DNA from: Bryobacterales bacterium | Lineage (GTDB): Bacteria; Acidobacteriota; Terriglobia; Bryobacterales; Bryobacteraceae | NCBI GenBank assembly: GCA_963749245.1 | Contig: CAVVNE010000025.1 | Location: 9,621-73,620 of the forward strand | Length of the DNA: 64,000 nucleotides | Reading direction: 5' to 3' | Shown here: in pieces, positions 37,187 to 46,475 of the stretch | Position numbering within the stretch: position 1 is the stretch's first letter | How the letters are laid out: the number at the start of each line of letters is the position of its first letter | Notes under the pieces: generated by a model | Databases searched by the model: none | Told to the model about the DNA's origin: nothing | Seen by the model: the letters and a program-made list of their open reading frames with translations, nothing else | Translations under genes and position numbers: made by a program

Positions 37187-38554
37187 TTAAGAATTTCCGT
37201 CGGTCTTCTTGCGAGGCCGCGGACTGCGGCGAGGCCCAGCGCCTGCGCCCGCGTGCTTGGCGGGTGCGCGCTTCCGGGCCGGCGCGCGCTTCGGCTTGGC
37301 GGGCGGCGGATTGGGCTCGAAAATCGTGGGCTGGCCTTCCACGTAGGGCTGGGGCTCGTCTTCCTCTTCGATTTCCGGCGCCGCGACAGGTTCGGGCTTG
37401 GGCGGCTCGGCGGGCGGATAAAATTCCGCGCCCAGAGACACGCACATCCCTTGATCCTCGTGCGGTTCCAGGCGCACCACCGTCTTATCCTGGGCGTAAT
37501 TCAGGAATTCGACGAAGGACTGAAATCCGTAACTGCTGACGTCGAAGTGCGGCTGCTCGGCTTTGAACCAGCCGGCCAGATCCTCCACCGGGCAGTTGTT
37601 TTCCAGCTCCAGGCGGTGATTTTCGAGCACGTCGCGCAGGGGCGGCAGCAGATCCTCGGGCTTGAGGTTCGCGCGTTCCGGGGCGGATGAAGTTTTGCGC
37701 TCGATGACGTAGCGTCCGCCGGTGCCCGAAACGTTTACCAGTTCGGCGCGCTTCAGTTTTTCCACGAAATCGGAGAAGCTGGACGCTCCATAGGCTCGCT
37801 CGTTGAAAGCGGGGTCGAGTTGCAGCATCGTCGATTTCAGCAAGCCGAGCTGCGGCTGCACGGCGCGGCGTTCCAGGACCTGCAACGCGCGTTCCACCAG
37901 GGGAATCGCCTGCTGCAAATCGAGCGGCGCGGGGCGCTGTCCTCTTGGCTGTCCGCGGTCCGGACGAGGTCCTCTATCGGGACGATCGCCTTGACGGTCC
38001 GGCGGACGATCACCTTGACGGTCACCTGTACGCACTTCCATGCGCGGCGCGCGCACCTCGCCCGGCAGCGTGACCGGCATGGGCTGATCCTGCATCAGCG
38101 ATTCGAAGCTGATGAATTCGTGGCAATTCTGCTGGAGAATCGTCGAGGTGAACGCTTTTCCGCCCACCACGAAGACGGTCTTGCCGTATTCCTTCAGCTT
38201 GTTCACCAGCGGAATAAAGTCGCTGTCGCCGCTGACGATGGCGAACGCGTTCACATGCGTGTGCGTGAAGGCCATCTCCAGCGCGTCCAGCGCGAGGTTG
38301 ATGTCGGCTCCGTTCTTATCGCCGCGCGGCGAGGGAATCCGCTGCACCATCTGCACGGCGTTTTCCGCCATCTGCCGCGTGGCGCCGTCCTGGCGGCCCC
38401 AGTTGGCGTAAGCGAACTTGGCCACGATGTCGCCGCGTTCTTTCAGCGCGTCCAGCGCCAGGGACACGTCGAACTCGCGGCGGAGCGTCGACTTCAGTCC
38501 GATCTCGATGTTGTCGTAATCGACGAACACCGCAATATTGAGTTTGTCTTGCAT
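37187..38554 (-). CDS. NYN-domain protein with OST-HTH/LOTUS-like region and Pro/Arg/Gly-rich linker and tail
   Basis: LNIAVFVDYDNIEIG....GADINLALDALEMAF...AFAIVSGDSDFIPLVNKLKEYGKTVFVVG. Downstream LVNVSGTGGRYVIE and FQSFVEFLNYAQDK segments. Confidence 0.85.
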   Translation of the reverse strand: MQDKLNIAVFVDYDNIEIGLKSTLRREFDVSLALDALKERGDIVAKFAYANWGRQDGATRQMAENAVQMVQRIPSPRGDKNGADINLALDALEMAFTHTHVNAFAIVSGDSDFIPLVNKLKEYGKTVFVVGGKAFTSTILQQNCHEFISFESLMQDQPMPVTLPGEVRAPRMEVRTGDRQGDRPPDRQGDRPDRGPRPDRGQPRGQRPAPLDLQQAIPLVERALQVLERRAVQPQLGLLKSTMLQLDPAFNERAYGASSFSDFVEKLKRAELVNVSGTGGRYVIERKTSSAPERANLKPEDLLPPLRDVLENHRLELENNCPVEDLAGWFKAEQPHFDVSSYGFQSFVEFLNYAQDKTVVRLEPHEDQGMCVSLGAEFYPPAEPPKPEPVAAPEIEEEDEPQPYVEGQPTIFEPNPPPAKPKRAPARKRAPAKHAGAGAGPRRSPRPRKKTDGNS

Positions 38555-38602
38555 TCTATCTTTCTTAAATCTTTTCAAATGCGGCGAAGTGAGGGCCATT
38601 CA

Positions 38603-39022
38603 TCAGGCCGTCTGCTTCACCGAGCTGCGGATGAAATTCACTATTGAATCGAGCGACGCGCCCGGTTGATAAACCTGCGCCACGCCGATCCGTTTCAGTT
38701 GGGCCGCATCTTCATCCGGAACAATGCCGCCCACAATGACGAGCACGTCGCTCATCTGTTTTTCCTTCAACAACTCCATCACCCGGGGTACGATCGCGTT
38801 GTGCGCTCCAGATAAGATAGACAGGCCGATCACCTGCACATCCTCCTGCAACGCGGCATTCACGATCATCTCCGGCGTCTGCCGGAGCCCGGTATACACC
38901 ACTTCCATGCCGGCATCACGCAACGCGCGCGCGATCACTTTCGCGCCGCGGTCATGTCCGTCGAGCCCTGGTTTTGCCACCAGTACCCGGATCCTGTGAT
39001 CCATCATCGAGTGGAGACTCAT
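38603..39022 (-). CDS. methylmalonyl-CoA mutase small (cobalamin-binding) subunit
   Basis: [59 protein letters not shown]. Confidence 0.9.
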   Translation of the reverse strand: MSLHSMMDHRIRVLVAKPGLDGHDRGAKVIARALRDAGMEVVYTGLRQTPEMIVNAALQEDVQVIGLSILSGAHNAIVPRVMELLKEKQMSDVLVIVGGIVPDEDAAQLKRIGVAQVYQPGASLDSIVNFIRSSVKQTA

Positions 39023-39079
39023 TCCGCCGTCTTCGTAAGGAAGCAGGTGGAATACCTCGTACTCAGTATAGAACTAATA

Positions 39080-39108
39080 TTGACTGAATAACCGGCCGAT
39101 CCTACACT
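39080..39108 (+). promoter_or_regulatory. candidate sigma70-type promoter TTGACT-17-TACACT, with ATG 5 nt downstream (leaderless-type)
   Basis: TTGACT at 39080-39085, TACACT at 39103-39108, ATG at 39114. No SD is possible in the gap. Confidence 0.4.
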
Positions 39109-39113
39109 TAGCC

Positions 39114-39809
39114 ATGCCGGACTCCGAACCGCTCCCCTCGGTCGACGCTTTGCAATTCCGTCGCGCCCAGCCGATTCATAACGCGGACGCGCAAGGGCCG
39201 AAGAGCTGCGCGGCCTGTAAACAGTTGATCGAAGGGCCATATTTTCAAGTGCAGCAGCATGTGATCTGCCCTTCGTGCGCGGCGAAAATCGAGGCCGGCA
39301 AGCAGGCGAAGAAGTCTGTTCCTTGGTTTCGTTTCGTAATTTATGGGGCCGGAGCGGCGCTGGCCGGAAGCATTTTATACGCGATTCCCCTGGCCATGGG
39401 CTTTCAAATCGGCATTGTCGCGCTGGCCGTGGGATGGATGGTGGGCCGGGCCGTTCGCATCGGCGCGTATGGCGTCGGCGGCCGGCCGCAGCAGGTCGTC
39501 GCGGTAGCGCTGACCTATTTCGCGATCAGCCTGAGCTTTTTCCCGGCCGGAATTTTCATCGGGGTGAAACACGCGGTGGCGGCGAAGAAATCTCTCGGAC
39601 CGCCGAAGGTGCAACTCGCGAGGCCGGCCATCTCGCCCGGGAAGGCCGTCGCCGGAGTGCTGGTGATGGCGGCCATCTCGCCTTTTCTCGAACTCGGAAG
39701 CTCGCCCGCGGGCGGCCTGATTTCGCTTTTCATCCTGTTTATCGGCTTGCAGCGCGCCTGGGCTCTGACGGCCGGACACGAAATACTGGTAACAGGACCT
39801 TATTCGTGA
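39114..39809 (+). CDS. hypothetical membrane protein with N-terminal zinc-ribbon
   Basis: CAACKQLIEGPYFQVQQHVICPSCAAKIE, followed by about 5 hydrophobic helices. Confidence 0.6.
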   Translation: MPDSEPLPSVDALQFRRAQPIHNADAQGPKSCAACKQLIEGPYFQVQQHVICPSCAAKIEAGKQAKKSVPWFRFVIYGAGAALAGSILYAIPLAMGFQIGIVALAVGWMVGRAVRIGAYGVGGRPQQVVAVALTYFAISLSFFPAGIFIGVKHAVAAKKSLGPPKVQLARPAISPGKAVAGVLVMAAISPFLELGSSPAGGLISLFILFIGLQRAWALTAGHEILVTGPYS

Positions 39810-39810
39810 T

Positions 39811-40326
39811 TTATTTCAGTCGGAAACAGCGCGCCTTGTCGTCCCAATAAATCCGACTCTTGTTGGCATCCCAGAATTTCAGCCACGCCGCCTGGATGGT
39901 CGCGAGGCTGTGGGTTTGCCGAAACTTGCTCCAACATGTGGCGCTATCGTCATGGCATGGTGGCTCGGCGGGAAATAAGGGCGGCTTCGTGCTCTTCGTC
40001 CAGGTATCGTCTAAGAACAGATCTCCGAGGATAAAGCTTGCGAGTTCTCCGGCCCGGATGCAAGGCCAATAATCGTAGACCGGCTCTTCGATCCAGCGTG
40101 AGTCCGTAATCTGCGAGATCAGCACGGGGATGGAGGCCTTCCCGTCGGCCACGATCCGGTCTATAACCTCAGAACGGCAGTATTCCCGATCCTGCATCCG
40201 CCCTTTCGCCCGACACCCCATGTTCTTCCAAGTCTGTAAAGGATATGGCTTCGGGTTCGTCGTTTGCGCCCAAGCAGTTGACGCCGATGCAACAAGCAGC
40301 GCAATGATGGCTTCCCTGCCAGACAC
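39811..40326 (-). CDS. hypothetical secreted Cys-containing protein
   Basis: Signal peptide (GTG start) ..AIIALLVASASTAWAQ. No family recognised. Confidence 0.5.
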   Translation of the reverse strand: MSGREAIIALLVASASTAWAQTTNPKPYPLQTWKNMGCRAKGRMQDREYCRSEVIDRIVADGKASIPVLISQITDSRWIEEPVYDYWPCIRAGELASFILGDLFLDDTWTKSTKPPLFPAEPPCHDDSATCWSKFRQTHSLATIQAAWLKFWDANKSRIYWDDKARCFRLK

Positions 40327-40351
40327 GAGATAATCGTATCAGGATATATAC

Positions 40352-41314
40352 GTGACGACCGTCGCCTGCCCTGACTGTGGAATCGCCCTCGACCCATCCG
40401 CGTTGAGTTGCCCATCGTGCCACGCGCTGGTTCATGCGGCGGAATTGGAATCGCTGGCGGCGCAGGCGCAGCAGGCGATGGTCCGCGGAGACCTGGCCGC
40501 CGCGCGCGCGTTGTGGGAAAAGTCGTTGGCCCTGCTGCCGCCGGATAGCGTGCAGTATCGCTCGATTCGCGCGCACATCGAAAATCTCAAAACGGCTCCG
40601 CAAACGGGCAGCGCGTGGAAAAAGGGCGCGGCGGGAATCGGACCGGCGCTCCTTTTGCTGTTCACCAAAGGTAAGCTGCTGCTGCTCGGACTGACCAAGT
40701 TGAGCACGCTGCTTTCGATGCTCGCGTTCGCCGGGGTTTACTGGGCTCTTTACGGATGGACGTTCGCCATCGGCATGGTGTTTTCGATTTACATCCATGA
40801 GATGGGACACGTGCTGACGCTCCGCGAATACGGCATCCCGGCGAGCGCCCCAATGTTTATCCCCGGGTTCGGCGCGTTCATCCGGTTAAAACAGCTGCGC
40901 ATTACGCCGATTCAGGATTCGCGCGTCGGCCTCGCCGGGCCGATCTATGGACTGGGTGCGGCGGCATTCGCGCTGGCGGCCGGATACGTGACCGGCGCGA
41001 AGGCCTGGGACGCGATCGCGCATTTCGGGGCGGTGATCAATATTTTCAATCTGACTCCGGTGTGGCAACTGGACGGCTCGCGAGGCTACGCGTCTCAGAC
41101 GCAGCAGCAGCGACTGACGATTCTCGCGGCGGCCGGCATCGCCTGGTGGCTGACCGGCGAAGTAATGCTGGGTCTGGTCACGCTCGGTGCAATCTACCGG
41201 CTGTTCACGAAGGACGCGGCGAGGGAGCCAGATAATGTCGGCATGGCGCAGTTCTTGGGATTAATCGCGGCGTTGTCGGCCGTGGCGATGCTGGCGGAGC
41301 GGCACGCGCGATAG
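40352..41314 (+). CDS. M50 (site-2 protease) family metalloprotease with N-terminal zinc-ribbon
   Basis: CPDCGIALDPSALSCPSCHALVH. HExxH in IYIHEMGHVLTLREYG. Multiple TM helices. Confidence 0.8.
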   Translation: MTTVACPDCGIALDPSALSCPSCHALVHAAELESLAAQAQQAMVRGDLAAARALWEKSLALLPPDSVQYRSIRAHIENLKTAPQTGSAWKKGAAGIGPALLLLFTKGKLLLLGLTKLSTLLSMLAFAGVYWALYGWTFAIGMVFSIYIHEMGHVLTLREYGIPASAPMFIPGFGAFIRLKQLRITPIQDSRVGLAGPIYGLGAAAFALAAGYVTGAKAWDAIAHFGAVINIFNLTPVWQLDGSRGYASQTQQQRLTILAAAGIAWWLTGEVMLGLVTLGAIYRLFTKDAAREPDNVGMAQFLGLIAALSAVAMLAERHAR

Positions 41315-41335
41315 GCTCACCCGCGATCAAGCGTC

Positions 41336-41412
41336 GGGGACTGACACCTTTTTCGCCCCTCAAAGTGCGGACAACAAGATCGCCTTCGCGGCGAAAAAGG
41401 CTGTCTGTCCCC
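41336..41412. repeat. long imperfect inverted repeat GGGGACTGACACCTTTTTCGCC ... GGCGAAAAAGGCTGTCTGTCCCC
   Basis: Arms 41336-41357 and 41390-41412. 32-nt loop. Intergenic, between convergent genes. Confidence 0.75.
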
Positions 41413-41489
41413 TGGCGACCACCGATTGAGGTCGCAGCGCTCATCCAAAGTATTTTCATTCCTGCCAGACGTCGAAGGGCCAAACGGAA

Positions 41490-41924
41490 TTACGGCGCGA
41501 AACTGGATCGGCCTTGTACGCCCCAATGGCCGTGGTCGAGCGTGACGATGTAGAACGACGGGAAACGGCCGATTTCCTTGCCTGCGGCATCGTAGCGAAT
41601 GAATTCGACGGCGAAGTGGACTTTATCAGGTCCGCTCTGAATCACCTTCATCGATTCCCAGCGGCTATGGTGCCAGGGCGCGAGGCGCTCCGCGTAGTTT
41701 GCGTTCTTGCGCTCGAAATCCTCCTGATTGTTGTAGACCGCGACCGCATTACTCGCGAAGCGGACATGCGGATAGTTAAGTGTTGCGGCCCAGGCGTTGA
41801 CATCGCGCGAGTTGAAGGCGGTCATGAATTCGTCCATCGCCTTGCGGGCGGCGTTTTCGGCGGCAGGATCGGCGGCGCGGGCCAACGCTGCCAACGCCAA
41901 TGCGAGCATCAGGCAGCGAGACAT
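41490..41924 (-). CDS. NTF2/SnoaL-like fold protein with signal peptide
   Basis: ATG at 41924, 1 nt after the mutase stop. MSRCLMLALALAALARAA, then AMDEFMTAFNSRDVNAWAATLNYPHVRF. Confidence 0.6.
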   Translation of the reverse strand: MSRCLMLALALAALARAADPAAENAARKAMDEFMTAFNSRDVNAWAATLNYPHVRFASNAVAVYNNQEDFERKNANYAERLAPWHHSRWESMKVIQSGPDKVHFAVEFIRYDAAGKEIGRFPSFYIVTLDHGHWGVQGRSSFAP

Positions 41925-41925
41925 G

Positions 41926-43500
41926 CTAGAGCACGCTGGTTTCTGTGTAAGTCCCAAAAACCTCGCCCAACGACGCGGCGATCTCGCCGACGGTCGCATA
42001 AGCGCGGACAGCGTCGAGAATGAAGGGCATGGTGTTGTCCGTTCCCTCCGCGGCTTTCTTCAATTTCACCAGCGCCTTCTCGACGTCGCTGGCGCTCCGT
42101 CTCCTCTTTACTTCGCGGAGCTTTTCCACTTGCCGGCGTTCGGCGGTCTCGTCGATCTGCAACAGCTCGATGGGCTTTTCGTCCCGCTCCGTGAATTTGT
42201 TCACGCCGACGATGATGCTCTCGCCCATCTCCACCGAATGCTGGTATTCGTAGCTCGCGTTGGCGATTTCGGTTTGCGGAAAACCTCGTTCGATCGCCGG
42301 AATCATGCCGCCCATTTCATCGATTTGCCGAATGTAAGCATTGGCGGCGTCTTCCACATCGAGCGTCAGTTTTTCCAGGAAATAGCTGCCGCCCAGGGGA
42401 TCGGGCTCAGCGGTCACGCCGGTTTCATAGGCGATCACCTGCTGCGTGCGCAGCGCGATGGTGACCGCATGTTCGCTGGGCAGCGCGTACGCTTCGTCGA
42501 GCGAATTCGTGTGCAGCGATTGGCATCCGCCCAGCACCGCGGCCATCGCCTGCACCGCCGTCCGCACGATATTGTTCTGCGGCTGCTGCCAGGTGAGGGA
42601 GCATCCGGCGGTCTGCGCATGAAACCGGAGCTTCCGGCTTCTTTCGTCCTTCGCGCCGTAGCGATCGCGCATGACGTACGCCCAAATCTTGCGCGCCGCC
42701 CGATACTTGGCGATCTCCTCGAAGAAATCGTTATGCGCGTTGAAGAAAAAACTCAGGCGGGGCGCGAAGGAATCGACCGGGAGGCCTCGTTCGAGCGCCC
42801 AATCGACGTACTCGATGCCGTCGCGCAGAGTGAACGCCAGTTCCTGCACCGCGGTCGATCCAGCTTCGCGGATATGATAGCCGCTGATCGAAATCGGATT
42901 AAACCGCGGCGTGTGTCTGGCCGCGAATTCGATGGAATCGGTCACCAGGCGCATCGACGGGCGCGGCGGATAAATGTACTCCTTCTGCGCGATGTATTCC
43001 TTCAAAATATCGTTTTGCAGAGTGCCGGAGACGCGATCCCAACTCACGCCCTGCTGCTCGGCGACCGCGAGGTACATGGCCCAAAGAATGGACGCCGGCG
43101 AATTGATGGTCATCGAAACCGTCACGTCGCCCAGAGGGATGCCGCGGAACAGCGTTTCCATATCGGCCAGCGAGGAGATGGCGACGCCGCATTTTCCCAC
43201 CTCGCCCCTGGATGCCGCGTGGTCGGAATCGTAGCCCATCAGCGTCGGCAGGTCGAAGGCGACCGACAACCCGGCTTGCCCTTGCGAGAGCAAGTAATGA
43301 TAGCGGGCGTTGGTGTCCTCAGCCGTGGCGAAGCCGGCGAACTGGCGCATGGTCCACAGTTTTTCGCGGTACATGGTTTTGTGGATGCCGCGCGTGTAGG
43401 GGAACTCGCCCGGTTTTCCGGCGTCGATGGGTGTGGAATAAACCGGGTCGAGCGGCAGCCCGCTGAGGGTCCGGTAGGTTTTGGTCGCGGTGCGCGCCAT
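41926..43500 (-). CDS. methylmalonyl-CoA mutase large (catalytic) subunit
   Basis: [48 protein letters not shown]. Confidence 0.95.
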   Translation of the reverse strand: MARTATKTYRTLSGLPLDPVYSTPIDAGKPGEFPYTRGIHKTMYREKLWTMRQFAGFATAEDTNARYHYLLSQGQAGLSVAFDLPTLMGYDSDHAASRGEVGKCGVAISSLADMETLFRGIPLGDVTVSMTINSPASILWAMYLAVAEQQGVSWDRVSGTLQNDILKEYIAQKEYIYPPRPSMRLVTDSIEFAARHTPRFNPISISGYHIREAGSTAVQELAFTLRDGIEYVDWALERGLPVDSFAPRLSFFFNAHNDFFEEIAKYRAARKIWAYVMRDRYGAKDERSRKLRFHAQTAGCSLTWQQPQNNIVRTAVQAMAAVLGGCQSLHTNSLDEAYALPSEHAVTIALRTQQVIAYETGVTAEPDPLGGSYFLEKLTLDVEDAANAYIRQIDEMGGMIPAIERGFPQTEIANASYEYQHSVEMGESIIVGVNKFTERDEKPIELLQIDETAERRQVEKLREVKRRRSASDVEKALVKLKKAAEGTDNTMPFILDAVRAYATVGEIAASLGEVFGTYTETSVL

Positions 43501-43552
43501 GGCAACTTTATTCTACGTCGCCACTCTGTCCGCGGAGCTGCGATCGCCAGGG

Positions 43553-44227
43553 ATGCGGATCTTGAACGGAGAAGTGCGCGAACATAATAATGTGCCTGAA
43601 CAACCGTTTGAAGATCCGCGCCTCGCCCTCAACCGGATCTACACCAAACGCGGCGACAAAGGACAAACCAGTCTCGCCGGCGGCCAGCGGGTCCAGAAAG
43701 ATTCGGCGCGCATTGAAGCCTACGGCACCGTCGACGAGCTGAACGCGTTCGTCGGCCTGGCTGTCGTTTCGTGCGAGGAATTAATCGACCGCGACCCGCG
43801 CATCGGCCTGCTGCTGGTGATCCTGCGGCGCGTGCAGCATGAGTTGTTCAACCTGGGCTCGATTCTGGCCACGCTGCCGGAGGACGTGCATCCCAGGCAG
43901 GCACGGATCACGCCGGCGGAAGTCGCGCAATTGGAACGCGAGATCGACGCGATGAACGAGTCCCTTCCGGCACTGCGCAGTTTCGTGCTTCCGGGCGGCA
44001 CTCGCGTCAACGCGGAGCTGCATGTGACGCGCACCGTCTGCCGGCGCGCCGAGCGTCTGCTGATCGCGCTTTCGCGCACGGAACCCGTGCCGCCGGAGGC
44101 GACTCAGTATTTGAACCGGTTGAGCGATGCGATGTTTGTCTGGAGCCGCTGGGTGAATCACGCACTGGGCGCGCGGGAGATTCTGTGGGAGCCGAACCAG
44201 GCGGCGTCAGCGCAGAATATCAAGTAG
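43553..44227 (+). CDS. PduO-type ATP:cob(I)alamin adenosyltransferase
   Basis: IYTKRGDKGQTSLAGGQRVQKDSARIEAYGTVDELNAFVG, VQHELFNLGS, FVLPGG. Confidence 0.9.
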   Translation: MRILNGEVREHNNVPEQPFEDPRLALNRIYTKRGDKGQTSLAGGQRVQKDSARIEAYGTVDELNAFVGLAVVSCEELIDRDPRIGLLLVILRRVQHELFNLGSILATLPEDVHPRQARITPAEVAQLEREIDAMNESLPALRSFVLPGGTRVNAELHVTRTVCRRAERLLIALSRTEPVPPEATQYLNRLSDAMFVWSRWVNHALGAREILWEPNQAASAQNIK

Positions 44228-45025
44228 AGCGTCCTTGAGGTTGGGGAACCGGAATTCGTATCCCGCCCGCAGAGCCGCTTCCGGAATCACGCGCTGGCTG
44301 GCGTAAACGATCTGCGCCATGTCGCCGTACAGCAGGTGGAGCGCGAATTTCGGCACCGGAAAAATCGCCGGGCGATGGAGCGCGGCAGCCAGCTCTCGCG
44401 TGAATTCGACGTTGGTTACTGGATTCGGAGCCGTTGCATTCACCGGGCCTTTAAGCGAAGACGACAGCGCGAATTCGATCAAGCCGACGACGTCTTCCAG
44501 ATGAATCCAGGCCATCCACTGGCGGCCGTCGCCGATTTTTCCGCCGATGCCGAGCTTGAAGGGCAGCAGCATTTTTTCGAGGCCGCCGCCGTGGCCCAGC
44601 ACCAGGCCGTTGCGGAGGCAGACAACGCGCACTCCGAACTCCTCTGCCTTATGAGCTTCGCGCTCCCATTCCACGCAGACGTCGCCGAGAAAGCCTTCGG
44701 CCGGCGCCGAAGATTCGGTTAGCAGTTCATCGCCGCGCGAACCGTAATAGCCGACGGCCGATGCGCTCACCAGCACTTTTGGAGGATGTTCGCGCATCGC
44801 GTCGACCAGCCGGCGCGTTCCTTCCACGCGGCTGGAACGGATTTTTTCGCGGACGTCTTTGGCCCAGCGTTGCGCGACGGGTTCGCCGGCCAGATGAACC
44901 ACTGCATCGGCGTCGGCGATCGTGTCCAGATTGCCGCGGAGAGAAACGGCGCGTGCGTCAGGCCCAAGTTTTTGCATCAGCCGGCGGCCGATGAAGCCGG
45001 AGGCTCCTGTCACGGCGACGTTCAT
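44207..45025 (-). CDS. TIGR01777-type NAD-dependent epimerase/dehydratase (SDR39U1-like)
   Basis: MNVAVTGASGFIGRRL, and a C-terminal DUF1731-like LRAGYEFRFP.L..AL. Confidence 0.85.
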   Translation of the reverse strand: MNVAVTGASGFIGRRLMQKLGPDARAVSLRGNLDTIADADAVVHLAGEPVAQRWAKDVREKIRSSRVEGTRRLVDAMREHPPKVLVSASAVGYYGSRGDELLTESSAPAEGFLGDVCVEWEREAHKAEEFGVRVVCLRNGLVLGHGGGLEKMLLPFKLGIGGKIGDGRQWMAWIHLEDVVGLIEFALSSSLKGPVNATAPNPVTNVEFTRELAAALHRPAIFPVPKFALHLLYGDMAQIVYASQRVIPEAALRAGYEFRFPNLKDALLDILR

Positions 45026-45066
45026 ACGTTGAAACACCAGCGGACGCATTCCCTGCCCTTAATGAG

Positions 45067-46125
45067 ATGATAAAGAAGCGCATGCGGCTTATCAATCGCG
45101 CAAAACTTCTGTGGTCCTACCTTCTCAAGCGCGAGCGCGTGCCCGCACTGCCGGTGGAGTATATCGTCGAAACAACGGCGAAGTGCAACCTTTATTGCCC
45201 GATGTGCCCGCGCGAGACGCATCCACAGCCTAAAGAGGACATGAACGACGCGGTGTTCGACGCGCTGGTCCAGGGCGCGGCGCGCACCGGCGAGCACATG
45301 ATGCTGATCGGCCTGGGCGAACCTCTGCTCGACCCCAAGATTTTCGACCGTATCGAGTATTGTGAGCGCCACGGAATCTCGACTCTTCTGTCCACAAACG
45401 GCGTGCTGCTGGACGAAGGGGCCGCGGAAAAGCTTCTCGCCTCGCCGCTGGCGCACATCACTCTCAGCTTCGACGGCGCGACGAAGGAATCCTTCGAGAT
45501 GTATCGAAAAGGCGCAAAGTTCGAGCGGGTTCGCGACAATTTTGTACGTTTTGCGACCCTAAAACACCAGAAAAAAACCACCATTCAGATCGTCGTGCAA
45601 ATGGTGCGGATGCAGAACAACGCCCATGAAGTAGACGAGTTCAAACGCTTCTGGAGCGCGGTTCCGGGCGTCGACCAGGTGCGCATCAAAGAGGACGAGA
45701 CCAACGTTCTGCAACCGGAAGCAGCGCGAATCGGCGCCGGATCGCGAGTTTGCCATTATCTGTGGCGCGGTCCGGTTTATGTGAAGCACGACGGCCGCGT
45801 GTTTCCCTGCTGCCAGAGCTACATGCTGGATGGCGAGGCAATCGGACGATTGCCCGAACAGACTCTGGACGAGATCAACAATTCCGAGGAGATGCGGCGG
45901 CTCCGCCGCCTTCATGCGCAAGGGAAAGCCGGGGAGATCGACATGTGCGCGCGATGCTGCGTGGCGATTCCGCATCCACTGCTGGTGGCGGGAAGCCTGG
46001 CGCTGCACGGAAAATGGGTGCGGCGAGCCGTGCCCGTCATCGAACGAATGGTTTACGGCGCGAAGCTGCCGAAGAAACTGCTGGCGCAGCAGAGGGAGAC
46101 GCTGGTCCAGATCGACCGTGAATAA
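45067..46125 (+). CDS. radical SAM protein with SPASM-type C-terminal Cys cluster
   Basis: CNLYCPMC (CxxxCxxC). GLGEPLL. C-terminal CHYLWRGPVYVKHDGRVFPCCQ ... CARCC. Confidence 0.85.
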   Translation: MIKKRMRLINRAKLLWSYLLKRERVPALPVEYIVETTAKCNLYCPMCPRETHPQPKEDMNDAVFDALVQGAARTGEHMMLIGLGEPLLDPKIFDRIEYCERHGISTLLSTNGVLLDEGAAEKLLASPLAHITLSFDGATKESFEMYRKGAKFERVRDNFVRFATLKHQKKTTIQIVVQMVRMQNNAHEVDEFKRFWSAVPGVDQVRIKEDETNVLQPEAARIGAGSRVCHYLWRGPVYVKHDGRVFPCCQSYMLDGEAIGRLPEQTLDEINNSEEMRRLRRLHAQGKAGEIDMCARCCVAIPHPLLVAGSLALHGKWVRRAVPVIERMVYGAKLPKKLLAQQRETLVQIDRE

Positions 46126-46172
46126 ACCGTGACAACGCGCTAGAATGGAACAACGGCTGATCCATTCCCTAT

Positions 46173-46475
46173 ATGAAAGAAGCTCCCATGGAGAAGCAGG
46201 CCCAAAACATACAAGAGGCATTTCTCAATAATGCCCGCAAAGACAAGACGTTCCTGACCATCTATTTAATGAGCGGGGTGAAGCTTTCGGGGCGCATCAA
46301 GAGTTTCGATAAGTACTCAGTGATTCTCGAGACGAATAACCAGGAGCAACTGATTTTCAAGCACGCCATTTCGACGGTCGTGGTGTCGAAACCGTTCCAT
46401 TCTCCTGCGCAATCCAACTCGGCATCGATGGGCGCTCACGCGGCTCCTGGCATTCCCGTTACAGATTCGGAATAG
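46173..46475 (+). CDS. hfq: RNA chaperone Hfq
   Basis: [57 protein letters not shown]. An alternative ATG lies at 46188. Confidence 0.95.
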   Translation: MKEAPMEKQAQNIQEAFLNNARKDKTFLTIYLMSGVKLSGRIKSFDKYSVILETNNQEQLIFKHAISTVVVSKPFHSPAQSNSASMGAHAAPGIPVTDSE

